From a virus (lineage: Duplodnaviria; Caudoviricetes): DNA of 64,000 nucleotides. The stretch covers positions 1 to 64,000 of IMG/VR virus record IMGVR_UViG_3300033074_001413; one strand, given 5' to 3'. A program made the translations under genes and the position numbers. This document shows, one piece after another, positions 1 through 9,246 of the stretch (positions are counted from its first letter, which is position 1; the number at the start of each line of letters is the position of its first letter). Below the pieces are notes generated by a model. It was not told the origin of the DNA, did not search any database, and saw nothing but the letters and a program-made list of their open reading frames with translations.

Positions 1-83
1 TCACCATCCATGGCCCGCGAAATGGCGTTTGCTCTAGTAGAATCATCAGATAAGGTACAGAGACCACGATTGTTCGAAGAAGA

Positions 84-479
84 TTAACGCCACCCTTCAA
101 CTAAGACTTCATCCCAGTCGTTGTCATCCAATCCCATATCTTTATGGTATTGCTTAGGAATTTTCCTAAAATCCACAACCACTTTGTCGGATGGACAATC
201 AATCCACACTTCAATATATGCACGTGGTGGATCCTGGGACATCACCCAGTCTTCAATAGCGGATTTCTCGCTGAAGTAGGACCGTAGTTTCTTCTTTGGT
301 TCATTGACTACATCGTCTAATTCAACGAATCTGTAGAGATCAATTGGTGCTGTTGACTTGAACTGGGCCAACTCCTTGCGGATTTGTGGGGTAAGTTCGG
401 AGTGTGAAACTCTGTCTTTTGACTTGGACCATAACCAATCATGACACCATTGAACAGCTTCTTTTGACAAAGACTTCAT
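84..479 (-). CDS. Small late protein, possible R-S-E clade ADP-ribosyltransferase-like fold
   Basis: LYR...SYF...EVLV motif spacing; CTAAATA upstream (TATTTA at 487-492); N-terminus MKSLSKEA. Confidence 0.4.
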   Translation of the reverse strand: MKSLSKEAVQWCHDWLWSKSKDRVSHSELTPQIRKELAQFKSTAPIDLYRFVELDDVVNEPKKKLRSYFSEKSAIEDWVMSQDPPRAYIEVWIDCPSDKVVVDFRKIPKQYHKDMGLDDNDWDEVLVEGWR

Positions 480-529
480 ACTTCATTATTTAGGGGAAGA
501 TATGGTTTAATGGTGGTAGAGGAACTACC

Positions 530-901
530 ATGGCGACGGTAACTACACCTAAGTTGAAAGTTGGAGACAAGATCTACATCCGCACCTCTCTGTCGATTGA
601 CCACGGTCAGGACGACGTTAGTGGTGGACTGGCCACGGTTGCCAAGATCACATCTGGGATCAGTGCTGGCAAGAAGACTCCGTTCGTCGAGGTGAAGGAG
701 GTTCCCGGTACTTCGTACAACTGGGAGATTTTGGCTGAAGAACAAGAGTCGCTTCGCAAGCAGTACAAAAACCAAGTCGCCCATCCCGATCCGGATTTCC
801 CTGATCACTGGACGAGAGGCGACCGCGTCAACTTCATGGAATCGCGGTATGGTTCGGCTATTGCGGATCAGTATCTGAAGAAGTTGGCTCGGAAGAAGTA
901 G
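530..901 (+). CDS. Hypothetical phage protein
   Basis: 123-aa ORF with GAGGA ribosome-binding site and a TATGGTTTAAT -10-like box upstream. Confidence 0.7.
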   Translation: MATVTTPKLKVGDKIYIRTSLSIDHGQDDVSGGLATVAKITSGISAGKKTPFVEVKEVPGTSYNWEILAEEQESLRKQYKNQVAHPDPDFPDHWTRGDRVNFMESRYGSAIADQYLKKLARKK

Positions 902-1070
902 GCCAGCATTGCGGCCCTTGAGAGTTCAGCACTTCTTGCTCGGCCAAGGTTAATTCGCGCCAAGCAATATCCATTTCATCGAGTATTGGATCTTCTTGAT
1001 CCTCTGGTAGGCCAGCAGCCCTAACAGCGAATAAACGATCCTGAAGTGCCAAGTATCTTGTAAGGCCCAT

Positions 1071-1535
1071 TTACAACTCCGTGTTCACAAACTTAATCAG
1101 CCAGCCAGGACACCATTCTTCGTAGTTTTTGTGATACATGGCACTAAGCCATAGGATCACGTTCTCATGGCAGTTTCCGCCGATCCACACCAAGTCCCCA
1201 TCCAACCCTTTGTCCGAAATGGGTGTCTGGTTGAATCCAAGCGGTTTTGCCACGGCATCACCGATCTTGATGTCCAAATTGTTGTTGGTCCCTTTGTCAC
1301 AGTTAATAATCAGAGCCAAACTGGAATGTAGGGACAATTCTTTAAGCCACTTTGGGATAAGAGTGGTAAGCTGGTCCACTAATTTCCCGGCACTGTCTTT
1401 GGTCGTTTTGATTGTGCCAAGATTTATCTCGACAACCGAAACGCCCTTGAGATATTGGTCGATTTTATCAGGACCTGGAATCCGAGGGTCAACATAAATT
1501 TTGACCGTATGCGGTGTCCCTTCTATTTGGATTTT
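1071..1535 (-). CDS. Hypothetical protein (start uncertain)
   Basis: Protein-like ORF 1071..1604; the extreme 5' part overlaps a plus-strand promoter, so an internal start is likely. Confidence 0.4.
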   Translation of the reverse strand, partial: KIQIEGTPHTVKIYVDPRIPGPDKIDQYLKGVSVVEINLGTIKTTKDSAGKLVDQLTTLIPKWLKELSLHSSLALIINCDKGTNNNLDIKIGDAVAKPLGFNQTPISDKGLDGDLVWIGGNCHENVILWLSAMYHKNYEEWCPGWLIKFVNTEL

Positions 1536-1645
1536 CTTCGTCTTGGCTTGCATAACTTTACATAGTAGCTTATTGACTCGCACGGGATCAAGTATGGTTG
1601 ACAATTTCCCCAGGAATATGATATTCTAGTCTTTGGGAGACCTAA

Positions 1646-2044
1646 ATGAAGTTCGTCAAGATCGCAACAAACATGTACCCAGTGAAAGGTATTGAGTGGG
1701 TCAACTTCACGGCCATGATCGATGGTGCGCAGGGCGTGGAAGTGAAATTGATCGGCGTCAATGACACCTTTCGCTATACCGGAGACTTCGCCAGTCTCGC
1801 CTACGACATCCTGAAGCCTCTGCACGTGCAGATCGGTACGGATTACTTCCTGCCGCACCGCATCGATTGGGTTGACTTCGCAGCCAACATCAACGGACAA
1901 GTGGGCGTGGAAGTGCGTATCGACGGGGAAGTCGATGCTGCTGGCAATGCCACCACGCGTCAGTACACCGGGCAGTTCGCCGAGGAAGCTTACAACGTTC
2001 TCGCGCCGCTGGCCGACGACGAAACCATGGCCGCTGGAAACTAA
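1646..2044 (+). CDS. Hypothetical protein with an internal two-fold duplication
   Basis: IEWVNF..GVEVKL..YTGDFA..AYDILKPL is repeated as IDWVDF..GVEVRI..YTGQFA..AYNVLAPL; TTGACA promoter and GGGAG RBS upstream. Confidence 0.75.
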   Translation: MKFVKIATNMYPVKGIEWVNFTAMIDGAQGVEVKLIGVNDTFRYTGDFASLAYDILKPLHVQIGTDYFLPHRIDWVDFAANINGQVGVEVRIDGEVDAAGNATTRQYTGQFAEEAYNVLAPLADDETMAAGN

Positions 2045-2069
2045 CCAACCGAAAGGAACCGACAAATCA

Positions 2070-2567
2070 ATGAAATCCCACAACGTTTACATCACCGCCG
2101 CGCTGATCATGGTCATGGCCCTGCTTGTGGCCTGTGGCCCCCAACCCCAAACCACCTACGTACAGCAACCGCAGCAACAGCAGCCAGTCGTGGTCGTCCA
2201 GCAACCGCAGCAACAGCAGCCGCAGGTCGTGGTCGTGCAGCAACAGCCGACGCAACAGCAACCGCAACAGAAGTATGACCCGTACAAGCCACAATACGGC
2301 GCGGGTGGGCAGATCTCACGCGGCAACGCCCAACAGCAGACCCCGACTGTGGTGACCCAACCGGGTATGCAGGGGCAGATCTCGCGTGGTCCTGCCACCC
2401 AGTCGGCACAGCAACCCATCACCAGCAAACCCAATTATTCGACGACTGTCACCGCGCCAGCGGCACCGAAGTACTCCGCGCCAGCACCTGCGGCGGCACC
2501 GAGGTACTCCGCGCCACCCGCGTCCACCAGCGGCGGCATCTCGCGAGGCAGTTCCTCCAGGAAGTAA
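2070..2567 (+). CDS. Q/P-rich low-complexity lipoprotein
   Basis: ATG 2070 after GAAAGGA; hydrophobic signal peptide ending in lipobox LVAC; QQPQQQQPVVVV, GQISRG and PxYSAP repeats. Confidence 0.7.
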   Translation: MKSHNVYITAALIMVMALLVACGPQPQTTYVQQPQQQQPVVVVQQPQQQQPQVVVVQQQPTQQQPQQKYDPYKPQYGAGGQISRGNAQQQTPTVVTQPGMQGQISRGPATQSAQQPITSKPNYSTTVTAPAAPKYSAPAPAAAPRYSAPPASTSGGISRGSSSRK

Positions 2568-2583
2568 ACGTGGGAGTGAGAGT

Positions 2584-2615
2584 GGGTCCGGTCCCGTTGA
2601 TTTGGGACCGGACCC
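2584..2615. other. Perfect 12-bp GC-rich hairpin
   Basis: GGGTCCGGTCCC-gttgattt-GGGACCGGACCC with no U-tract. Confidence 0.7.
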
Positions 2616-2798
2616 GGAGAGGGATATGACACCGTTTCTCGGACCGTTGATGTCATCGGTCAGAAGCAAAAGTAGCGGCGAAGAGAAGGATCCTCTGCTG
2701 TCGTTCGGATTCAAGAACGTAGCCCTGATTGTGCTGGCGTCACTTGCACTCGCTGGCGGGATCATCTTGTGGCTAGATAAACTCGGAATGTGAGGTAT

Positions 2799-2874
2799 GG
2801 GCGCGTAGCTCAGTGGATAGAGCATCGGCCTTCTAAGCCGAGGGTCGCTGGTTCGAATCCAGCCGCGCCTACCA
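2799..2874 (+). tRNA. tRNA-Arg (anticodon TCT), CCA encoded
   Basis: GGGCGCG/CGCGCCT acceptor stem, TAGCTCAGTGGATAGAGC D-arm, TCGGC-CTTCTAA-GCCGA anticodon arm, GGTTCGAATCC T-loop, 3' ACCA. Confidence 0.97.
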
Positions 2875-2878
2875 TATT

Positions 2879-3439
2879 ATGGCTAGCTTATTAACTCCTC
2901 CCGGCATCATCCTGATCAACCCCAAGTACGAGCATAACGTTGGAGCTGCTCTACGTGCATGCTCCGCCTGGGGTATCTACAATCTCCTGTGGACTGGCCA
3001 GCGTGTTGTATTTGATCAGGACACCACCAAGCGCATTCCGCGTGAAGAGAGAATGAAGGGATATAAGGACGTCAAGTGGTTACCGAACGTCGACAAGCCA
3101 CTCAACCTCTTCGAGAACATTGTCCCTGTCGCCATCGAGATTAAACAGGGTTCAGAGTCACTAACCACGTTTGAGCATCCAGAGAACGCTGTATATTTGT
3201 TCGGACCGGAGGATGGCTCGATTCCACAGGTGTACTCAAGGTTGTGCCATCGGTTTGTTCACATGCCGTCTCATCACTGTCTCAACCTGAGTGCCGCCGT
3301 GAACGTGGTTCTATATGATCGCCGGATGAAAAGACAACGAGACGGCTTGGAAGAGGTACTTCCTCTCCACGAAGTTCTGCATGAGCACCGTGGTGTTGAC
3401 ACCCCAACACTCACCGGAATCGGATGGGATGGCAAATAA
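2879..3439 (+). CDS. SpoU/TrmH-family (SPOUT) RNA methyltransferase
   Basis: NPKYEHNVGAALR, YLFGPEDGSI and CLNLSAAVNVVLYDR SPOUT motifs; directly follows the tRNA. Confidence 0.85.
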   Translation: MASLLTPPGIILINPKYEHNVGAALRACSAWGIYNLLWTGQRVVFDQDTTKRIPREERMKGYKDVKWLPNVDKPLNLFENIVPVAIEIKQGSESLTTFEHPENAVYLFGPEDGSIPQVYSRLCHRFVHMPSHHCLNLSAAVNVVLYDRRMKRQRDGLEEVLPLHEVLHEHRGVDTPTLTGIGWDGK

Positions 3440-3667
3440 TGCGAGTATCATGGAAAGTCAATCGCAGCCTTGGCGCGAGCGGTCCGTGGGTCATCCAACT
3501 TGCAATCAGTAATGGTCGTGGAGGTTACTCTTTTCGTCCTCCATTAGACGGCCACACCAAATTCCAGACCAAAGCAGAGGCGCAACAGTTCAAGAAAACA
3601 CTACCGACGCCATTCTGCACACATGGCGTAATAGTCGACGGAATTACCACGTCGGGAGTAGCGATCT

Positions 3668-4084
3668 ATGGCTGAGGTGCAATTTGTCCTTGTCCGTGAA
3701 GAAAACGACTGGCGCAAAGTTGGGGAATATCTCGCTAAACAGATGTCCACTGTTCCGGTGACGACTTCGAAGTATTCGAAGACACCAGAAGAGGCGTTCA
3801 GCCGAGCACAGGAGTTGGTTGAAACCAATGATGAACGCTTGGCAGAAGTGATGTCATGCTCACTTGCGGCGGTTTACCAGGAGAGGCTATACTCTCTGGT
3901 TATGACCAGAGAACCAGGACAAACCCATCTCTCTATCGTGGAGGTCATACCCAACCAGCGACTGCAAGCCATTCCTGATACGATGGTCAGCAAAGTCATT
4001 CCTCAAATCCTCCCGGAGTACGAGGAGAGGGTGGAAGGCGTGCTGAAAGAAGTCCGACATTTCTTTCAGGTAGACCATGCCTAA
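3668..4084 (+). CDS. Hypothetical protein
   Basis: Part of an overlapping plus-strand gene run (3439-4445). Confidence 0.6.
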   Translation: MAEVQFVLVREENDWRKVGEYLAKQMSTVPVTTSKYSKTPEEAFSRAQELVETNDERLAEVMSCSLAAVYQERLYSLVMTREPGQTHLSIVEVIPNQRLQAIPDTMVSKVIPQILPEYEERVEGVLKEVRHFFQVDHA

Positions 4085-4445
4085 GGTTTATCCAACTAAC
4101 CAGTACATCCTGATCGGTGATGTGGTATACTTCTCAACAGGCCATACCCAACCGCGTCCGGTTAGCAACCAAATTGCTATTCTCTACGATTCCCAGAACT
4201 CCACAGTATTGAAACATGGTCCGTCAGATGCTGTCCATTCGGCGGCTGAGAAAATGCGGAGTCAAATTAAGGGTAATATGCCGGGGTGGGCCAACGCGCT
4301 CATAGTGGTCGAGTTTGATATACTCGAAGTCGGGCTTGACTGGGTCAACAAGGTGATTAATACATCCGGGATTATTAACCAAATGATACGGGAGTATGTG
4401 GCCAAAAATGGCGGAACGACGGGTGGTCGGGAGTGGTGGGGGTAG
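4077..4445 (+). CDS. Hypothetical protein
   Basis: Overlaps the stop of the upstream gene on the same strand. Confidence 0.6.
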   Translation: MPKVYPTNQYILIGDVVYFSTGHTQPRPVSNQIAILYDSQNSTVLKHGPSDAVHSAAEKMRSQIKGNMPGWANALIVVEFDILEVGLDWVNKVINTSGIINQMIREYVAKNGGTTGGREWWG

Positions 4446-4485
4446 CCATTTGACACGGCCCATTTAGGTGTGGTAAAATGGAAAC

Positions 4486-5679
4486 GTGCGTGAATTGGCT
4501 ACAAACGTTATCCGGACCCTCCGGGAACACGGCTTCCAGGCGTGGCTGGTCGGTGGGTGTGTACGGGATATCCATCTCAACGTCGAGCCGAAAGACTACG
4601 ACGTGGCCACCGACGCCACCCCTGCTCAAATCAACGCTATCTTCCCCGACTCTGACTTAGTCGGCGCTCACTTCGGTGTGGTCATTGTTCGCGGTGAAAC
4701 TGGCTACATCGAAGTCGCCACATTCCGCAAAGACCATGGCTACAGCGATGGCCGTCGCCCCGATGAAGTGTCATTCGTGACTAACCCCCAGGATGATGCT
4801 GCTCGTCGCGATTTCACCATCGGTGCCATGTTCATGGACCCTGAGACCAACGAGACTCTAGATTTCTTCGGCGGGCTAAACGACTTGCATAACGGAGTCA
4901 TTCGCACGGTTGGCGACCCCAACGTCCGATTCGCCGAGGACTACATCAGAATGCTTCGAGCCATCAGGTTCGCCGTTCGGTTCAAGTTCTCCATCGATCC
5001 GATGACCATGGTGGCGATCAGCAGCAACGCACACAAAATCACCAACATGGCGGCGGAGAGAATCCACGGGGAGTTGGTTCCTATTCTCTCGCATCGGAAT
5101 GCTGATTACGGCGTGGCCCTCCTTATACAGAGCGGCCTTCTACAACACATTCTTCCGGAGGCTGATCAGCCAGCCACCCATTACAGGTTTCAACAGGTTG
5201 GTGAATTCTCGTTCCCACTGTCGATGGCCATCCTGCTGACCCACTGCGATCAGCGCATCATCGAGTCGGTGATGAGGCGGATAGTCTGTACCACCAAAGA
5301 GACCGAAGAGACAGTCTGGCTGGTTGCCAACCGGAACAGCTTAATGACGGCTTGCACTATGCCAGTCCACGAGTTGAAGAGACTCTTGCGACATCAGTAC
5401 GCAAGGCACCTCACCGCGTTCTACCGGACGGTGAAAGTGATCGAACCGTTGACCGCCATCTGCAATGGGTTGAGCTACATCGCCCGCCAGGAATGGACGC
5501 ATGAGGATCTGTGGCCGACTCCTCTCATCAACGGTGAAACGCTCAAGGGCCTAGGAATGACCCCAGGCCCTCAGTTCAAAGTGGTTCTAGAAGCTGTTGA
5601 GAACGCTCAACTCGACGGTGAGATAACGACCGTGGACGAGGCTCTTGACCTCGTTGCCTCGTTACACATCAACGTCTAG
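4486..5679 (+). CDS. cca: tRNA nucleotidyltransferase (class II CCA-adding enzyme)
   Basis: LVGGCVRD, KDYDVAT, EVATFR, RRDFTI and EDYIRMLRAIRF motifs; lacks the poly(A) polymerase G[RK][RK]F motif (has LVGAHF). Confidence 0.9.
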   Translation: MRELATNVIRTLREHGFQAWLVGGCVRDIHLNVEPKDYDVATDATPAQINAIFPDSDLVGAHFGVVIVRGETGYIEVATFRKDHGYSDGRRPDEVSFVTNPQDDAARRDFTIGAMFMDPETNETLDFFGGLNDLHNGVIRTVGDPNVRFAEDYIRMLRAIRFAVRFKFSIDPMTMVAISSNAHKITNMAAERIHGELVPILSHRNADYGVALLIQSGLLQHILPEADQPATHYRFQQVGEFSFPLSMAILLTHCDQRIIESVMRRIVCTTKETEETVWLVANRNSLMTACTMPVHELKRLLRHQYARHLTAFYRTVKVIEPLTAICNGLSYIARQEWTHEDLWPTPLINGETLKGLGMTPGPQFKVVLEAVENAQLDGEITTVDEALDLVASLHINV

Positions 5680-6087
5680 CTTCTTGATCTTCCATGGTTC
5701 ATCATATTCGGCGGTTGGGTATTTGAGAATCTGTTCGACCAGTGCTCGCACTCGGTCCTGAACTTGAATTTCAACACTCCAGCCGTCGACTGTGATGGAT
5801 TCTGTTTTATACCACACAGAAATATCCGCATATCCATCAGCATCCACGGCATTCTTTGTGCCGTGGGCCTTCATTGCGTCGTCAAACTCCTTAGCTAGTT
5901 TCTTAGCCAAGTCGTTCCAACTGCTGGCAGAGATGTCTGCAGTTTTCAGCGTTTTGTAGTCACCCATCTGCCTGATAGCGCCGGGTTTCTTGGGTTTCTT
6001 CAAACCGTTGATATAGAACTTTCCCTTTATCCCCACCGCTTCAAGGATGACATCGCTGATGAATTTATCATATGTCTTAGTAGGCAT
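5662..6087 (-). CDS. Putative internal head protein (capsid-targeting tag)
   Basis: Start reassigned to ATG 6087 (MPTKTYDKFISDVILEA), 5 nt downstream of TAAATA (6093-6098). Confidence 0.6.
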   Translation of the reverse strand: MPTKTYDKFISDVILEAVGIKGKFYINGLKKPKKPGAIRQMGDYKTLKTADISASSWNDLAKKLAKEFDDAMKAHGTKNAVDADGYADISVWYKTESITVDGWSVEIQVQDRVRALVEQILKYPTAEYDEPWKIKKLDVDV

Positions 6088-6208
6088 ACTGGTATTTAGC
6101 CGCCATCCTAGTTTACCATAATTGCACAAAGTCACCATTATGCTAAATGAAGTCCGAGAGATAACTAGGGGACTTCGAGGGTTCATATGAACGACTCATG
6201 AGGAAACA

Positions 6209-7078
6209 ATGTCAAAACCAACTAGCTTACCAGTAGTTCCGGCGCAACCAGACCTCCCCCAGTATGGGGTTGGGTCACTTGCACTATTCAAAACCTTTAC
6301 TCGGGATTCCTATCTCGCCGCTTTCGGTGTACAAGCCCCACCATTTGATCCAACCAAGAAACCAAAACACTGGTTCGACACCTCAGTAACGGGTGCACCA
6401 GATGATGTGGTCTCTTATCTACGATGCATGGGGGTAGACCAAGCAGGGAACCCTAAACCGTTCAAGAATTTTGGAATAACTGTTGCCGACGCAGAAACAG
6501 TTAATCTTCCAGGTGCTTTTAACTATCCCGCATATAACCCCGCACCAACACAAGCCACCGCTGGCGGATCACTGCTGAATAATCGGTATCTATGCCTGAA
6601 GGAAGAAGCTGATGAATTGTGTGTGGAAATCAATGCGGCAATGCCTCCTACCAAACAGTACGAAGTGTATGAGGCCGCTCTAGGTGGTCCGTTCGCATAT
6701 TATTATCCACCAAATGAGCCACGTCGCGTATATCAGATCGGCCCACTCAACGCTGGTTTACTTCTATCTGCCAAGAACCAGCAGGGTGTCGGAAAACCAG
6801 GAAAATGGGTGCTCGAGAATCCAAACGGTGAGGAGCCTGTTTGGAAGTGGGACCCGGTGCCAGCCACATCGAATAACCTAGCTGCGGTTGAAATGCCGCT
6901 TCGCGAATTGCTACCCAACGAAAAGCTCGTTGCTAATTTGTTTGCTGGTGTCGTCATTCAGCGCATCGACAAACAGCCACCATCTCCTGCCGCTGGCGGA
7001 TTTACTCAGCAAGATCGGGATATGCTGGTCGACATTCACGACAATATCCATAAGATTCTAAAGCTTCTTGTCACCTAA
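6209..7078 (+). CDS. Pro-rich hypothetical protein
   Basis: 289-aa ORF with GAGGA RBS, followed by a terminator. Confidence 0.8.
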   Translation: MSKPTSLPVVPAQPDLPQYGVGSLALFKTFTRDSYLAAFGVQAPPFDPTKKPKHWFDTSVTGAPDDVVSYLRCMGVDQAGNPKPFKNFGITVADAETVNLPGAFNYPAYNPAPTQATAGGSLLNNRYLCLKEEADELCVEINAAMPPTKQYEVYEAALGGPFAYYYPPNEPRRVYQIGPLNAGLLLSAKNQQGVGKPGKWVLENPNGEEPVWKWDPVPATSNNLAAVEMPLRELLPNEKLVANLFAGVVIQRIDKQPPSPAAGGFTQQDRDMLVDIHDNIHKILKLLVT

Positions 7079-7094
7079 CGGTTTAGGTGATTAC

Positions 7095-7128
7095 GGCCCT
7101 GGGGTTGTTCCCAGGGCCTTTCTGTTTT
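7095..7128 (+). terminator. Rho-independent terminator
   Basis: GGCCCTGGG-gttgtt-CCCAGGGCC followed by TTTCTGTTTT. Confidence 0.85.
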
Positions 7129-7141
7129 ACTATATATTCAT

Positions 7142-7669
7142 ATGCTCCCGTTCAAGAAATGGCTCGCAGAAGCCGACTATATGGATGACGATAGCGGTCA
7201 TTGGGCCAGCGACTCCGGTGAGGCAAGTGGTGTTCTGACCATCTCCAGGAAATCCGGCAGGATATGTCTAGGGTGGCGTAATGTGATGACCCACACTGGC
7301 GACTGTTGGGGAGTATTTGGAGGGGCTGTACAGGATGGCAAGTCACCAGCGGAAAGTGCCAAATCAGAATTACGTGAAGAGACCGGATATAGCGGTAAGG
7401 TTAAGATGTTCCCGGCTTATGTGTTCAAAGACGGAGCATTCAAGTATTTCAACTTTGTTGGGTTAGTAGATTATGACTTCCAATATAGGCCGTCCAAGGA
7501 TCATAGTTGGGAGATAGATAAAATTAGGTGGTTCACATATCCAGAAGTTCTTAAGGAAATGCGTGAGAAGCCCAACACCTTCCACCCAGGAGTGATTACG
7601 TTGTTTGAGGAGTCGAAGGAATTGATTGAAAAGACTCTTCAGGATCTGGCAGACAGCACCCGCCCTTGA
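7142..7669 (+). CDS. Nudix hydrolase with an N-terminal capsid-targeting-like tag
   Basis: Nudix box GGAVQDGKSPAESAKSELREETG; N-terminus MLPFKKWLAEA; CTATATA-N5-ATG. Confidence 0.85.
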   Translation: MLPFKKWLAEADYMDDDSGHWASDSGEASGVLTISRKSGRICLGWRNVMTHTGDCWGVFGGAVQDGKSPAESAKSELREETGYSGKVKMFPAYVFKDGAFKYFNFVGLVDYDFQYRPSKDHSWEIDKIRWFTYPEVLKEMREKPNTFHPGVITLFEESKELIEKTLQDLADSTRP

Positions 7670-8133
7670 TACATCACCTTGTCGATGTCGTCCTCGCCTG
7701 TCAGTAACGGGAAGTGCAGACCGGGTTGGTCCATCACTCCGTAGCAGTTAGCCTTGAGCATGATTTTATGCACATATTCTAACTCAAACGGAATTCCGAG
7801 ATACTCGGAGCCATTCCTGACGGTAGAGTCGTAGACCAGTGAGGTGTCATCCTTTGGTGCGAACCATGCGTGTTGGATTGGGATTACACACAACATAAAT
7901 CCCTCGACATACACGTACTTGTCCGGATCCTTCATGACGTTGTTGTACGCATTACGGTAGCACTCGCGCTGGCGCGAGAACCACCTTCCCTTGGGAAGTG
8001 GCGCTGGTTGATGAGAACACCCACGTTGCAACACCAGATCCTCAAATCCGGCGAACTTCATTCTGTCAGCGTAGATACCCTTCAGCATGTCAGCCATTTG
8101 CTGCATGTAGCGACGAAGGTTGTCATTTGCCAC
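7639..8133 (-). CDS. Hypothetical protein, possible Cys/His (transglutaminase- or papain-like) fold
   Basis: CYRNA...YVEG...IQHAW; GTG 8133 preceded by GAGGAG. Confidence 0.5.
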   Translation of the reverse strand: MANDNLRRYMQQMADMLKGIYADRMKFAGFEDLVLQRGCSHQPAPLPKGRWFSRQRECYRNAYNNVMKDPDKYVYVEGFMLCVIPIQHAWFAPKDDTSLVYDSTVRNGSEYLGIPFELEYVHKIMLKANCYGVMDQPGLHFPLLTGEDDIDKVMYQGRVLSARS

Positions 8134-8821
8134 GTTTAGCCCACTCCTCAATCCACGACCAGTCGATGCCACGTTCATTTCGTGTGTCAAACATTGGCGT
8201 CTTCTTGAAGTTTTCCTCACCAAAGTCGCGGTCAATAATCTCATGAATAGAGGCGGCTGCTGACTTAATGACTTCCTCTGCCTCTGGCTGGCATGGATCG
8301 AATACCGCTGCCTCGCCCTGATAGACCCGAAAGCCCACAACTGGCAGAGCTTCTTCCTCGCACTGCTCTCTATCCATCAGGACCGCGTAAAGGTCCAAAA
8401 AAGGGAACTCTTTCGCAAGTTTAGACCAATCGTCGAGTACATCCTCCTCAGAAGGCCACTTACCAATGTTGTCAGTAAACACCACTCGGCCAGTCGGACT
8501 GCACCAGCCATGCGGACCGAAGATAAAAGCACTTGCGATCCATGAATTGTGGACATACTGGGTTTCGATATACCCCCATCGGTCACGCCACGCCTGTTGT
8601 TCGTGGAAGACCTTGAAACGGTCCTCCACGGGAGCATCGTAGTCGATTATGGGGATACCAAGGGTTTTCATCACCCGCAGACAGTAATCACGGTCATTCC
8701 CCGCGTATTCCAGTGAGGTGAAGAAGGTGTCGGTACGCCGGATAATCTCTTTGGCCTGTTCGACCGATACAGATCTCCCGAACACCAACATCTGCGGCCA
8801 CTTGGGTAGGCCCCTGTTCAT
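8123..8821 (-). CDS. Hypothetical phage protein
   Basis: 232-aa ORF in a minus-strand operon (9115-7639) below a TTGACC..TGTGGTAAAAT promoter. Confidence 0.75.
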   Translation of the reverse strand: MNRGLPKWPQMLVFGRSVSVEQAKEIIRRTDTFFTSLEYAGNDRDYCLRVMKTLGIPIIDYDAPVEDRFKVFHEQQAWRDRWGYIETQYVHNSWIASAFIFGPHGWCSPTGRVVFTDNIGKWPSEEDVLDDWSKLAKEFPFLDLYAVLMDREQCEEEALPVVGFRVYQGEAAVFDPCQPEAEEVIKSAAASIHEIIDRDFGEENFKKTPMFDTRNERGIDWSWIEEWAKRGK

Positions 8822-9115
8822 TTATGATGCTTTCTTTAGTTTCGGGCGCTGTGGTGACGCCGCCTCCACAAATAAACCAAGTACTGGTCCAGGACGAAGC
8901 CCATTGCGGCGGTGATAAGCCGCAGATCTATACAAGAACTCCACCGATCCACACGTTCCGTTGGTGTTGTCCTTTAGATCCATGGGGTATACGCTCATCG
9001 TTTCTCCGTTCAAGTGGTTGATGGCGTTTCGGATGATCATGTTTGCGTATCTGTCGACGCCAACACGGTCAGCTAACGACATTCGCGCTCCCTGAAGGAT
9101 TTCAATTGCGGTCAT
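8822..9115 (-). CDS. Hypothetical protein
   Basis: Abuts the downstream gene in the same operon. Confidence 0.6.
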   Translation of the reverse strand: MTAIEILQGARMSLADRVGVDRYANMIIRNAINHLNGETMSVYPMDLKDNTNGTCGSVEFLYRSAAYHRRNGLRPGPVLGLFVEAASPQRPKLKKAS

Positions 9116-9246
9116 TCATTTGGTTTTCCAGTCTCTCCGATTCTCTCCATTCGTAAACCATTTTACCACAGAAGAGGGGAAATGGTCAACCTACCCTACG
9201 CCTCATCTGTTGACTATCTCGAATGCTAATGTTATTCTTGAAAAGA

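Noticed and set aside
2155-2270. CAG/CAA microsatellite-like repeat as a DNA element
   Set aside because: It is explained by the poly-Gln/Pro coding of the lipoprotein.
4486-5679. Poly(A) polymerase
   Set aside because: It lacks the PAP-specific G[RK][RK]F upstream motif, so it was called a CCA-type enzyme (A-adding-only activity is not excluded).
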